This document shows positions 19,973 to 30,144 of a stretch of DNA of 64,000 nt, piece by piece. Position numbers and translations under genes: made by a program. Position 1 is the first letter of the stretch. Every line of letters begins with the position of its first letter. This stretch comes from Candidatus Moraniibacteriota bacterium (lineage in GTDB: Bacteria > Patescibacteriota > Minisyncoccia > Moranbacterales > DUUL01): contig JBFHFF010000005.1 in the NCBI GenBank assembly GCA_041583775.1, positions 43,988 through 107,987 of the forward strand, given 5' to 3'. The notes beneath the pieces were generated by a model, which saw only the letters and a program-made list of their open reading frames with translations, had not been told where the DNA came from and searched no databases.

Positions 19973-20611
19973 ATGATGAAAAAGAAAATCGCTGTTTTTG
20001 GTGTTGCAACACTTGCTTTTGCTTTGGGGGTCTGTTTCTCTGCTAGGGCCGCTTCTTCGAAATCTAACCTAGAAGGATCAGAAACAATGAAAGCTCAGCG
20101 AGCAGAAATAAGGGAGGATATGCAGGCACAGAAAGATGAGGTAAAAGAAAACAGAAAAGAAATTCAACAACAAAAAAAAGAGCGTAATTGTGAAAAAATT
20201 CAAAACAGAGTTAGGACGAGAATAAACAGATATGAAAACAAACAAGAACAGCACAGAAATGTTTTTGGAAAGTTGGCAATAAAAGGCGAAGAAATCTCTG
20301 CAAAATTTAAAGAGAAAGGTTTAGATACCTCAGCTTTAGATGATGCATTGGTAACTTTAAAAGAGAAAATTAAGAACTTGGAAATTGAACACCAGACTTT
20401 CATTGATGAGTTAGAGGCAACAGAAACCGTTACTTGTGGAGAGTTAGAGAATCAATTCAAGGAAAAACTTGGAGAAGCGAGAAAAATGTCTACACAAGTT
20501 AGAGCTGAAATAGTTGAAATTAGAGAATATTATCAAACAGTTTTAAGGGGAGAAATTCTAAAATTAAGAGATCAGTTAGAGGCTGAAAATGAAGTAGAGT
20601 TAGAGGAATAG
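19973..20611 (+). CDS. Secreted coiled-coil/helical protein
   Basis: Signal peptide (KKK, hydrophobic core, ARA), long charged helices, two Cys. Confidence 0.8.
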   Translation: MMKKKIAVFGVATLAFALGVCFSARAASSKSNLEGSETMKAQRAEIREDMQAQKDEVKENRKEIQQQKKERNCEKIQNRVRTRINRYENKQEQHRNVFGKLAIKGEEISAKFKEKGLDTSALDDALVTLKEKIKNLEIEHQTFIDELEATETVTCGELENQFKEKLGEARKMSTQVRAEIVEIREYYQTVLRGEILKLRDQLEAENEVELEE

Positions 20612-20685
20612 TAAATAAACTAATTTTATTCATTAGTTTGTGAGTTCGTATAAATTAAATATGTTTTTAAGATAAATTTAAAAAA

Positions 20686-21018
20686 ATGGTTAACAAAAAG
20701 ATCAAATTTACACTGATGTTGGCGTCAGTAATCGTCATTCCCTTTATACTTTCTGCTTGTGGTCAGAATGAAAAAGAACAAAATGGGAATGTTATCCAAG
20801 ATAATGCACGGCAACAAAATTATCCAGTTATGGATGAAAAGGGAATGGCCACAGAACCATCAGCTGTTGATAAAATTGAATTTTCAGACCCAGGAAATGA
20901 CGAGATTGGAAACGATATCAAAGAGATGGATGCTTTATTAAACCAAACAACGCCTAGTGAATATAACGAGGAAGACTTGTCGGATGGTGCAATTGAAGAA
21001 GAGGTTGAGATGAAATAG
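20686..21018 (+). CDS. Small acidic lipoprotein
   Basis: Lipobox LSAC followed by an acidic low-complexity region. Confidence 0.75.
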   Translation: MVNKKIKFTLMLASVIVIPFILSACGQNEKEQNGNVIQDNARQQNYPVMDEKGMATEPSAVDKIEFSDPGNDEIGNDIKEMDALLNQTTPSEYNEEDLSDGAIEEEVEMK

Positions 21019-21048
21019 TCTTGATTACACAACAGAAAATAAGTTTAC

Positions 21049-21082
21049 AAAAAAGACCTTGGTTTAAAGAAGGTCTTTTTTT
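21049..21082 (+). terminator. Intrinsic terminator
   Basis: AAAAAAGACCTT...AAGGTCTTTTTTT. Confidence 0.7.
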
Positions 21083-21141
21083 ATAGGCAATATTCTAGTA
21101 TAATAAATTTAAATATAAAAATTTGAATATAAAATAAAAAA

Positions 21142-23085
21142 ATGTTTAAAACTTTTTTTATCAGAACTTTTTTGTTAGTTAGTGTTTTTTTTATTTTTCA
21201 TGGAAATGCACTTGCAATTGAAGATCGAGGTGCTTTTTTTATAACTAAATTTGATGTTGGAATTTTTGTAAAAAAGAATGCAATTATTGAAGTAGAAGAG
21301 GCGATAGATGTTACTTTTTCCGAAGAAAGGCATGGAATTTTTCGAAAAATCCCAGTTAAATATACAGATGAAAATGGTTTTAAATATAAAATGAGAATGC
21401 GCAATGTTTCAGTTTCTGATGGAGCTGGGCATAATTTTGAGTTTACAAAATATAATGAAGGAAATGATATTGTCTTGAAAATCGGAAATCCAGACACGGA
21501 AGTGATTGGGCCTGTGAGATATGTGATTAGATATGAAATTCAAAGAGGTGTGCGTTTTTTTGATGACCACAATGAAATTTATTGGAATCCAATTGGAAAT
21601 GGTTGGTCAACCACAATTGAAAATGCTTCGAGCACCGTGCATTTTGAAGAAAGTCTTATTTTTCCCAAAGAGAGTTTGATTTGTTTCACTGGAGAGTTTG
21701 GATCCAGAGAGCGAGATTGTAGCATAAGAATAATTTCGGATCGAGATGTTAAATTTAGTGCGACTAAATTACTTAAGGAATTTGAGGGTCTGACAATTGC
21801 TATTAATATTCCCAAGGGAATGATTGATGAACCTAGTAGATGGGAATATTTTATTTCATTTTTAGTTGATAATTGGGCTTTTATAATTCCAATTATTGTT
21901 CTAGGGGCTATGTTTTATATTTGGAAATATAAAGGAAAAGAATTGGAGTTGAAAAGAACCATAATCTCTCAATATGGACCGCCAGATAATTTGACGCCTG
22001 GTGAATTGGGATTTTTGTTAAAAGAAGAATATAAAAATAATTTTATTTCCGCTGACATTGTTAATTTGGCAGTAAAAGGGTATTTAGAAATTCGAGAAAT
22101 TGGTGTAAATGGGCTTAGCGCTGAAATGGCGAAAATTGTTAAAAAAATCTCTAGTAAAAAAACAGTATTTTTCAGGACATTTTTTGTAATAGTGGTGATA
22201 GGTTTAGTAGTTTTGTTTTTGGTGAAAAAAGTATTTATAATTAACCCAGGTAGTTCATTTTTCGGTGCCTTTATTTTCTTAGTAGTTTTTTTGGTGATTC
22301 TATTTCTTAATTTAAAAAACTTTAAGGGAAGATTTTTATTAAATGGAATATTTGACTATGAGCTTGAAAATAAAAAAGATTGGAGGAATGCAGAAGAATT
22401 GACGAATCATGAAAAAGTTTTGATGGAAGGTTTGTTTGACGATAATGTTTTGGGCAAGGTAAAACTTTCTAAAAAGAGGAATTTCTATCAAGATGTGAAT
22501 ATTGCGACTAAAAAAGTCGAAGCACAAATCGATGCTAAGGGATATTTTGAAAAATCTATTTATAACAATAAGTCTTTATATATAGTAATTGGAATCGTAT
22601 CTGGATTTGGAATGTTTTTTGTGGGGGCTTTTTATCAAAGATTAGATTTTTTTATTAGTGCTATTTTGGTGGCACTTATTTTAATTGGTTTTGGAGTTTT
22701 GATGTCCAGAAAGACCAAAAAGGGAGCAGAAGCTTATTGGCATGCAATTGGGTATCAATATTATATTGATATTGCTGAGAATCACAGGGCTAGGTTCTAT
22801 GAGGAGGAAAATATTTTTGAAAAAACACTTCCATATGCAATGGTTTTTGGAAATGTAGATAAGTGGGCAAAAGCATTTGAGGGTTTAATAAAAAAGCCGC
22901 CAAATTGGTATCGCTCTGATTCTACTAATACTTATTTTGCACCAGCAATCTTTGCAAGTTCTTTGAATCAAAGCTTTTCTGCGGTAACAAAATCAATTTC
23001 CTCTCCTCCTAATTCTTCTTCTAGTGGTTTTTCAGGTGGCTCTTCGGGCGGAGGTGGAGGAGGAGGTGGAGGAGGAAGTTGGTGA
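21142..23085 (+). CDS. DUF2207-family membrane protein
   Basis: HGIFRKIP, YWNPIG, LAVKGYL, LPYAMVFG...KWAKAF and C-terminal SGGGGGGGGGGSW. Confidence 0.9.
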   Translation: MFKTFFIRTFLLVSVFFIFHGNALAIEDRGAFFITKFDVGIFVKKNAIIEVEEAIDVTFSEERHGIFRKIPVKYTDENGFKYKMRMRNVSVSDGAGHNFEFTKYNEGNDIVLKIGNPDTEVIGPVRYVIRYEIQRGVRFFDDHNEIYWNPIGNGWSTTIENASSTVHFEESLIFPKESLICFTGEFGSRERDCSIRIISDRDVKFSATKLLKEFEGLTIAINIPKGMIDEPSRWEYFISFLVDNWAFIIPIIVLGAMFYIWKYKGKELELKRTIISQYGPPDNLTPGELGFLLKEEYKNNFISADIVNLAVKGYLEIREIGVNGLSAEMAKIVKKISSKKTVFFRTFFVIVVIGLVVLFLVKKVFIINPGSSFFGAFIFLVVFLVILFLNLKNFKGRFLLNGIFDYELENKKDWRNAEELTNHEKVLMEGLFDDNVLGKVKLSKKRNFYQDVNIATKKVEAQIDAKGYFEKSIYNNKSLYIVIGIVSGFGMFFVGAFYQRLDFFISAILVALILIGFGVLMSRKTKKGAEAYWHAIGYQYYIDIAENHRARFYEEENIFEKTLPYAMVFGNVDKWAKAFEGLIKKPPNWYRSDSTNTYFAPAIFASSLNQSFSAVTKSISSPPNSSSSGFSGGSSGGGGGGGGGGSW

Positions 23086-23229
23086 TGAGTTATTAGCATA
23101 AACCCTAAATTATATCTAGAATATTTTTTTGAAAACTTAAAATATATATTGCGTATTTAACTTGTGAGGTGAAAAACACAAAGTTGTGTTTTTTTGTTAA
23201 TATTAAATTTAATTTGGAATTTTAAAAAA

Positions 23230-24471
23230 ATGAGTATCGTTAAAAAAACAGGAGCTTGGTTCTGGAAGAATAAAATTAAATTAATTCTTTTTATTGTTTT
23301 GATTGGTGGCGGAGTTTATTATTGGCAAAAAAAACAAAATACTGCAAATTCCAATGAAGTCAACAAACTGAAAACAGCCGTTGTTGAAATGGGGGATATT
23401 GAAGTTTTAGTTTCTGGAAGTGGTCAGGTGGAAGCTGCAAGTCAAGTTGATCTTAAACCACAAGTAGCTGGTGATGGGCTTGATATTGTTAGTGTTGCAG
23501 TGGAAAATAATCAGGAAGTTAAAAAGAACGACCTTATTGCAACACTAGACACTACGGATGCTTTGAAAACTTTAAGGGATGCGGAACTTAGTTTGCGAGC
23601 TTCGGAAATTAAACAAACACAAGTTAATGATACGAGTGATAATCAAACAAAAGAAGATAAACTTATAAGGCAAACTCAAGAAGCTGATGTTCAGCAAAAA
23701 GTAAACAAGCTTACTGATGCGAAAAGTGAACTGGAGGATTATTATATTAGAGCTCCATTCGATGGTGTTGTTACTGGCCTTGATTTTTCAGCTGGAGATT
23801 CAGTTTCTCGAGATGAAATTCTGGCCTCTGTTATAACAAAAGAAATGATAGCAACAATTTCTTTGAATGAAGTTGATGCAGTAAAAGTTGAAAAAGGAGC
23901 CGTTGTTAATTTGACATTTAGTGCTCTAGACGATGTTAAAGCAACGGGAGAAGTTTCTAAGATTGATACAATTGGAACTGTTTCACAGGGAGTGGTTTCT
24001 TATGATGCGGAGATTGCTTTTGATGCAAGTGAAGTTGTGGGACTAAAACCAGGAATGAGCGTTGAAGCTGAGATTATTACAGAGTCAGCAGAAAATGTTA
24101 TGACGGTACCTACTTCAGCGGTTCAATCAAGTCCAAATGGTGAAGATTATGTAATTGTTGTTGAAAAAGGTCTTACCTTTGAGGAATTATCTGCTAAGTT
24201 AGACTCTACGCCAGGTCCAACAAAAGGTGCTAGGTCTTTAAATATGCCAGAAGGATTGAAAAGGGTCGTAGTAACAGTTGGTGTTACGGATGATGTAATG
24301 GTAGAAATTTCAGGAGAAATTTCCGAAGGTGAAACTGTTCTGACTCAAACAGTGGAGTCACTTAAGACAACCAGTGCAACTACCAGTAAAAGTGAAGACT
24401 CTTCATCTGCTGGTAAAAGTCTGATTCCAACTATGGGAGGAGGAGGTCAAAGGGGTGGTGGAGGAAGATAG
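23230..24471 (+). CDS. MacA-like periplasmic adaptor (membrane fusion protein)
   Basis: N-terminal TM, IRAPFDGVV, LKPGMSVEAEI and VMTVPTSAV motifs. Confidence 0.9.
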   Translation: MSIVKKTGAWFWKNKIKLILFIVLIGGGVYYWQKKQNTANSNEVNKLKTAVVEMGDIEVLVSGSGQVEAASQVDLKPQVAGDGLDIVSVAVENNQEVKKNDLIATLDTTDALKTLRDAELSLRASEIKQTQVNDTSDNQTKEDKLIRQTQEADVQQKVNKLTDAKSELEDYYIRAPFDGVVTGLDFSAGDSVSRDEILASVITKEMIATISLNEVDAVKVEKGAVVNLTFSALDDVKATGEVSKIDTIGTVSQGVVSYDAEIAFDASEVVGLKPGMSVEAEIITESAENVMTVPTSAVQSSPNGEDYVIVVEKGLTFEELSAKLDSTPGPTKGARSLNMPEGLKRVVVTVGVTDDVMVEISGEISEGETVLTQTVESLKTTSATTSKSEDSSSAGKSLIPTMGGGGQRGGGGR

Positions 24472-24501
24472 TCTTCTAAATTTCGTAAATAATTTAAAGA
24501 A

Positions 24502-25194
24502 ATGATAAAGTGTAAAAATTTAGTCAAGATATATAAAAATGGTGATAATGAAACCTGGGCTCTAAAAAATGTTTCATTCGAGATTAAAAAGGGGGAATTC
24601 GTTGCCATTATGGGACCATCTGGAAGCGGAAAATCGACACTAATGAACATTATTGGTGCTTTGGATAATCCAACAAGTGGTTCATATTTTCTTGAAGGGA
24701 AAGATGTTGCAAAGCTATCAGAAGATGATCTTGCTGAAATTAGAAATAATAAAATTGGTTTTGTTTTTCAGGCTTTCAATTTACTTTCAAGAACAACGGT
24801 TATGAGAAATGTAATGTTGCCACTTTTTTACAACAAGCTTCCAAAAAATGAAAGAAAAAAACGAGTCGAAGAGTCCTTAAGGGCGGTAAATCTAGATCCT
24901 AATCGTTGGGACCATCTTTCGAATCAACTTTCTGGTGGTCAAATTCAAAGAGTTGCTATTGCGAGAGCTCTTGTGAATCATCCGTCTTTAATTTTGGCTG
25001 ATGAGCCAACGGGTAATTTGGACACTAAAACTGGTGATATGGTTATGGATACTTTTAGAAAGTTGAATGGGGAAAACGGACACACAATTGTTTTGATTAC
25101 ACACGAACCTGAAATAGCAGAGCATGCAGATCGAATCATTCATGTTAGAGATGGTGAAATTGAAAAAGATGTTAAAACTAACAATAAACACTAA
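24502..25194 (+). CDS. MacB/LolD-type ABC transporter ATP-binding protein
   Basis: GPSGSGKST, IGFVFQAFNLL, LSGGQIQRVAIARAL and LADEPTGNLD motifs. Confidence 0.95.
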   Translation: MIKCKNLVKIYKNGDNETWALKNVSFEIKKGEFVAIMGPSGSGKSTLMNIIGALDNPTSGSYFLEGKDVAKLSEDDLAEIRNNKIGFVFQAFNLLSRTTVMRNVMLPLFYNKLPKNERKKRVEESLRAVNLDPNRWDHLSNQLSGGQIQRVAIARALVNHPSLILADEPTGNLDTKTGDMVMDTFRKLNGENGHTIVLITHEPEIAEHADRIIHVRDGEIEKDVKTNNKH

Positions 25195-25203
25195 ATTAGA
25201 AAA

Positions 25204-26412
25204 ATGAAGTTTTCAGATTTAATATATGAAACCTTTATCTCGATAGCCACCAATAAGGTTCGTTCAAGTTTAACGGTCTTGGGAATTGTGATTGGGATTG
25301 CTTCAGTAATTGTTATGATTGCTATAGGTAGAGGTGCACAAGGGAGTATTCAGGATGAAATTGCAAAAATTGGTTCAAATCTTTTGAGTATTAGACCAGG
25401 ATCTCAGCAAGGGCCAGGACAACAAGTGAGTCAAGGTCAAGGATCTGCACAATCACTAACAATGGAAGATATCACCTATATAGAGGAAGGCATTGAATCG
25501 GTGAAAGCTGTGGCACCAGTTGTATCGGGAAATTACCAAGTTATTGCTACAGGAACAAACACTAGAACCTCTGTTACGGGAACAACTCCAAATTATACAG
25601 AAATTAAGAGCTTTGAAATTGAAGACGGATCATTTTTCACTGATAGTCAAGTAAATAAACTTGCTAGAGTTGCAGTACTTGGTCCTGACACAGTAACAGA
25701 TCTTTTTGGAGAAGGGGCTTCTGTGGTTGGTGAAAAAATTACTATTGATGGGGTTAATTTTGTTATTAGTGGTGTAACGGTCGCTAAAGGAACACAAGAT
25801 GATTTGATTTTCATTCCTATCACAACAGCGCAACAATATTTGGTTGGAGATGAAAAGCTTTCTCAGATTGAGATTCAAGTAAATTCACAAGAAGAGATGG
25901 ATGCTGCAGAAACTGAGATAGAGGCTTTGCTTTTAGAGAAGCACGGGATTGATGATCCAGAAGAGGCAGATTTTAGAATTATGAATCAAGCTGATATTAT
26001 AGCCACCGCCTCTTCTGTTACAGGAACTCTTACGGTCTTGTTGGGAGCTGTAGCTGGAATTTCTTTAGTAGTTGGAGGTATCGGGATTATGAATATGATG
26101 CTAACAACCGTTACTGAAAGAACGCGCGAAATTGGTCTTCGAAAAGCAATTGGAGCGAAAAGAGATGATATCACAAAACAATTTCTTTATGAATCAATTG
26201 CGCTGACTTTCTTCGGTGGTTTGATTGGGGTTATTCTTGGATATGTAGTTTCTTTTGGATTAGAAAAATTTATTGGCTTAGCATCAGATATTTCTGGTTT
26301 TTCAATTGCATTAGCCTTTGGAGTCTCAGCCTTAATCGGTATTGTTTTTGGATATTATCCATCAAAAAGAGCTGCTAAGTTAAATGCAATCGAAGCGCTT
26401 CGCTATGAATAA
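25204..26412 (+). CDS. MacB-like ABC transporter permease (FtsX fold)
   Basis: RSSLTVLGIVIGIASV, GGIGIMNMMLTTVTERTREIGLRKAIGA and ALRYE motifs. Confidence 0.95.
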   Translation: MKFSDLIYETFISIATNKVRSSLTVLGIVIGIASVIVMIAIGRGAQGSIQDEIAKIGSNLLSIRPGSQQGPGQQVSQGQGSAQSLTMEDITYIEEGIESVKAVAPVVSGNYQVIATGTNTRTSVTGTTPNYTEIKSFEIEDGSFFTDSQVNKLARVAVLGPDTVTDLFGEGASVVGEKITIDGVNFVISGVTVAKGTQDDLIFIPITTAQQYLVGDEKLSQIEIQVNSQEEMDAAETEIEALLLEKHGIDDPEEADFRIMNQADIIATASSVTGTLTVLLGAVAGISLVVGGIGIMNMMLTTVTERTREIGLRKAIGAKRDDITKQFLYESIALTFFGGLIGVILGYVVSFGLEKFIGLASDISGFSIALAFGVSALIGIVFGYYPSKRAAKLNAIEALRYE

Positions 26413-26431
26413 TTGAATTTTTTCAATATGA

Positions 26432-26466
26432 AATAAAAAACAGATTTCAGAGATCTGTTTTTTATT
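26432..26466. terminator. Bidirectional terminator
   Basis: AATAAAAAACAGAT...ATCTGTTTTTTATT between convergent genes. Confidence 0.65.
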
Positions 26467-26493
26467 CCACTAATTTGAATCTTATAAAATAAG

Positions 26494-26802
26494 TTAGAGT
26501 TTGAATTTTTCCACAGCGAGATATATTCTAGTTAACTCTTCCTTGACCTCAGGTGTCTCATAGTCTGCTTTGTGGGCAGTTTGTCCCTCATATCTAGTTT
26601 TTGATTGATCTAGATGTAAATCAAAAACAATTTCCCTGGGAGTTTCTTTGAGGTATAAATGAAAACGAGGATAATGATGTCTTGTTAATTTTCGCACATA
26701 GCTGGTTTTGCCAGAAATATAGTCTTCAATTTGTAGATACCCTAAACGGCTAACTATCATAGCTGGGGAATGTGATAAATTATTTGGTAATCTAAATTTC
26801 AT
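26494..26802 (-). CDS. Conserved-looking hypothetical protein
   Basis: 102 aa containing SYVRKL..HYPRFHLY..FDLHLDQ..YEG..AH; function unknown. Confidence 0.75.
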   Translation of the reverse strand: MKFRLPNNLSHSPAMIVSRLGYLQIEDYISGKTSYVRKLTRHHYPRFHLYLKETPREIVFDLHLDQSKTRYEGQTAHKADYETPEVKEELTRIYLAVEKFKL

Positions 26803-26883
26803 ATAATTGAGTTGAGAAAGATTTTTTAGCGTGTTAGAATATGGGTGTATAATTCAAGGAAGGAATGTTTTTAAATAAATCAA

Positions 26884-27741
26884 ATGACGCTTAGTAATAA
26901 CATAAAAGAAGTTACGATAATTATTTTAGCACTACTGATTTTTAGTGTAGTGAAATTTTTTGATATTAATATAAAACAAACTGAAGAAATTCATCCTTTT
27001 GAAATGATTGAGCCAGGAGTTGTCTATAACGATTCTTCTGATGGAGATAAGTCTAGCCAGGGTGAAAATTTTGAAGGCACAGAGGATGATATCATTAGCT
27101 TAACAAATGAGTTTAGAAAAGAAAAGGGCTTGGATGTTTTAGTTAAAAATGACAAGTTGATGCAGTCTGCGAAAATGAAGGCTGAAGATATGAAAAAGCA
27201 AGAATATTTCGCACATATTTCTCCTGATGGAATTGAGCTTTGGAATCTTGTTCAACAAGTTGATTATAATTACTCGATAATTGCAGAAAATATTGCCGAA
27301 GGATATTTCTCTGCGGAGAGCGTTGTTGATGCTTGGATGAATAGTGAAGGACACAGGAAGAATATATTATCAGTGGAGCTTGAGGAAATTGGTGTGGCTG
27401 TTTTAGAAATTAAAAATAAAGATGGTAAAAAGAGTTATGTTTTAGTTCAACACTTTGCTACACCACAAAAAGAAATAGCAATAGAGAGAAATGTACAAAT
27501 TGTGTGTGAGAAGAAAGTTCAGGATAATTGTGAGAAAATAGAAGAAAAAAAGGATGAATATCAAGAGTTGGTAAAAGATCAAAAAGAGGTGATTGAAAAA
27601 GCAGAATCAGAAGGATTTACCAGAAAAGATTTAGTTGATCTATATGATAATCTTGATAAACTAAAAGAAGTTAGGGATCAATATAAAGAGTTTTATGCTG
27701 GATGTCAAGAATATATAAATAAATGTGATAGGTGGGAATAA
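26884..27741 (+). CDS. CAP/SCP-domain membrane-anchored protein
   Basis: LTNEFRKEKGL, YFAHISPDG, AENIAEG and WMNSEGHRKNIL motifs. Confidence 0.9.
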   Translation: MTLSNNIKEVTIIILALLIFSVVKFFDINIKQTEEIHPFEMIEPGVVYNDSSDGDKSSQGENFEGTEDDIISLTNEFRKEKGLDVLVKNDKLMQSAKMKAEDMKKQEYFAHISPDGIELWNLVQQVDYNYSIIAENIAEGYFSAESVVDAWMNSEGHRKNILSVELEEIGVAVLEIKNKDGKKSYVLVQHFATPQKEIAIERNVQIVCEKKVQDNCEKIEEKKDEYQELVKDQKEVIEKAESEGFTRKDLVDLYDNLDKLKEVRDQYKEFYAGCQEYINKCDRWE

Positions 27742-27814
27742 TTTTGTTTGCACAAAAGTGACATATTAAGTATAATTAGAGAAATCTTTAATATAATTTA
27801 AAAAAACAAAAAGA

Positions 27815-28180
27815 GTGATAAAAAAAATATTAATTGTCGAAGATGATCCGATGCTGGTGGAGATTTATAGTAAAAAGTTCACAAGCGAGGGGTTTGATAC
27901 TGACACTGCTTGCAGTGGTGCTGAGGCTGAGGAAAAAGTTAAGGACGAAAGCTTTGATTTAGTTTTACTTGATCTTGTTTTGCCAGAGGCAGATGGTTTT
28001 GAAGTATTAAAAAAAATCAAAGAAGACCCAGCTATTAATAGTTTAAAGGTTGTTGTTTTTTCGAATTTATCACAAGAAGAAGATAAGGAAAGAGCGTCGG
28101 TTTTGGGTGCAGACGGTTTTTTGACTAAATCAGATTACACACCAGGTGAAATTGTTGAGCATATAAAGGGCTTGTTATAG
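27815..28180 (+). CDS. Single-domain response regulator (receiver only)
   Basis: ILIVEDD, DLVLLDLVLP, DGFEVL and GADGFLTK motifs. Confidence 0.92.
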   Translation: MIKKILIVEDDPMLVEIYSKKFTSEGFDTDTACSGAEAEEKVKDESFDLVLLDLVLPEADGFEVLKKIKEDPAINSLKVVVFSNLSQEEDKERASVLGADGFLTKSDYTPGEIVEHIKGLL

Positions 28181-28313
28181 CATTGTAATCTTGTTTATAC
28201 TCTTGCTATTAAGTAAAAAATTGGTTATTGTAATAGAACTCAAACTTTTTTGAGTCAATTCAGTGTTGAATGTTTTGTTTTAAGAATTAGAAGAATTAAG
28301 GAAATAGAAAAAT

Positions 28314-30110
28314 ATGTTAAGGACTCATACTTGTGGACAATTGGGGGAATCTGAAATTGGTGAAAAAGTTACTTTAACCGGCTGGGTTCATAGAAGAAGG
28401 GATCATGGAGGGGTTATTTTTATTGACTTAAGAGATCGATATGGATTGACCCAGATAAAATTTGATCCAGAAATTAATAAAGATTCTCATGCACAGGCGG
28501 ATATATTGAGAAGCGAATGGGTTATAAAAGTTGAAGGAACTGTTATTGCTAGACCAGATGATATGATCAATGAGAAGCTTAAGACAGGAAAAATAGAAAT
28601 TGAAATTTCCGAATTAGAGGTTCTTAATACTTCAAAAACTCCACCTTTCGAATTGATTGAGGAAAAAAATGTTGAAGCAAATGAAAATCTTCGCTTAAAA
28701 TATCGGTTTATTGATTTGCGAAGACCAAAACTTCAAGAAATGTTGAAGGTGAGAGATGAGATGATTTGTTATATGCGAAACTATTTTCATTCTAAGGATT
28801 TTCGTGAAGTCCAAACCCCAATTCTTGCAAATTCTTCTCCTGAAGGCGCAAGAGACTGGCTTGTTCCTTCAAGGCTTTATCCTGGAAAATTTTACGCTTT
28901 ACCCCAAGCACCACAACAGTTTAAACAATTGTTGATGGTAGGTGGTGTTGATCGTTATTTTCAAATAGCTCCTTGTTTTAGAGACGAAGATCCTAGAATG
29001 GATCGTCATTTTGGTGAATTTTATCAACTTGATATGGAGATGAGTTTTATTGAACAAGATGATATTTTTCAAACGATGGAACCTTTGATGATTGAAGTGA
29101 CTGAAAAATTTTCGAAGAAAGAAATTATAAATTTAGACAAAAATGGAAGATTCCAACAAATTCCCTGGAAAGATGCAATGACAAAATATGGAACTGATAA
29201 GCCTGATTTGAGGTTTGATTTTGAAATTCAACCAATTTCAGAAATAGTGAAAGATTGTGGCTTTGGAGTTTTTTCTAAGGTCATTCAAGATGGTGGAGTT
29301 GTTCATGCAATGAAAATTGATAATGGAGGAGAGAGGTTTTCTCGGAAAGACATCGATGAATTAACTGAATTAGCACAAAGTAAGGGTGCTAAAGGTTTAG
29401 CATATATTGTGATAAAAGAAGAAGGAAAATTACAATCTCCAATTGTGAAATTTTTAGGTGATGAAATTAGTAGCAAGATTGTGGAAAAATTATCAGCAAA
29501 AGAAGGTGATATTATCTTTTTTGGAGCTGATACTTGGAGAACCGTTTGCGAAAGTCTTGGTGTAGTCAGAAATGATTGTGGAGCAAGACTTGGATTGAAA
29601 GATAATAAAAAAGCTGCTTGGCTTTGGGTTACAGATTTTCCAATGTATGATTATTCTGAAATTGAACAGGGAAGAATTGATTTCGCACACAATCCTTTTT
29701 CAATGCCTCAGGGTGGAATGAAGGACTTAGAAGAGAAAAATCCTCTAGACATTGTCGCCTACCAGTTTGATTTTGTCTTGAATGGCTTTGAACTTACGAG
29801 TGGTGCAATTAGGAATCACAAGCCAGAGATTATGTATAAGGCATTTGAAATTGCTGGATATTCAAAAGAAGAAGTTGATGCAAAATTTGGACATATGATT
29901 AGGGCATTTGAATTCGGAGCGCCCCCACATGGTGGAAATGCTCCTGGGATTGACAGATTGTTAATGGTATTAAATGACTGGGATTCTATTAGAGATATTT
30001 ATGCTTTTCCTAAAGATGGACAGGGGAGGGATGCTATGTTAGACACCCCAAATGCAGTTGAAAAGAAACAACTTGATGAATTGCATATTCAAATAAAGAA
30101 GTACGAATAG
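28314..30110 (+). CDS. aspS: Aspartate-tRNA ligase, probably non-discriminating
   Basis: RTHTCG, RRRDHGG, ALPQAPQQFKQLLM, YFQIAPCFRDED and GAPPHGG motifs. Confidence 0.97.
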   Translation: MLRTHTCGQLGESEIGEKVTLTGWVHRRRDHGGVIFIDLRDRYGLTQIKFDPEINKDSHAQADILRSEWVIKVEGTVIARPDDMINEKLKTGKIEIEISELEVLNTSKTPPFELIEEKNVEANENLRLKYRFIDLRRPKLQEMLKVRDEMICYMRNYFHSKDFREVQTPILANSSPEGARDWLVPSRLYPGKFYALPQAPQQFKQLLMVGGVDRYFQIAPCFRDEDPRMDRHFGEFYQLDMEMSFIEQDDIFQTMEPLMIEVTEKFSKKEIINLDKNGRFQQIPWKDAMTKYGTDKPDLRFDFEIQPISEIVKDCGFGVFSKVIQDGGVVHAMKIDNGGERFSRKDIDELTELAQSKGAKGLAYIVIKEEGKLQSPIVKFLGDEISSKIVEKLSAKEGDIIFFGADTWRTVCESLGVVRNDCGARLGLKDNKKAAWLWVTDFPMYDYSEIEQGRIDFAHNPFSMPQGGMKDLEEKNPLDIVAYQFDFVLNGFELTSGAIRNHKPEIMYKAFEIAGYSKEEVDAKFGHMIRAFEFGAPPHGGNAPGIDRLLMVLNDWDSIRDIYAFPKDGQGRDAMLDTPNAVEKKQLDELHIQIKKYE

Positions 30111-30144
30111 TATCTTTTGAGAAATAAAGTGCCCTAGATAGGTA

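Noticed and set aside
23010-23085. GGA/GGT and TCT low-complexity repeat
   Set aside because: It encodes the normal Ser/Gly tail of DUF2207 proteins.
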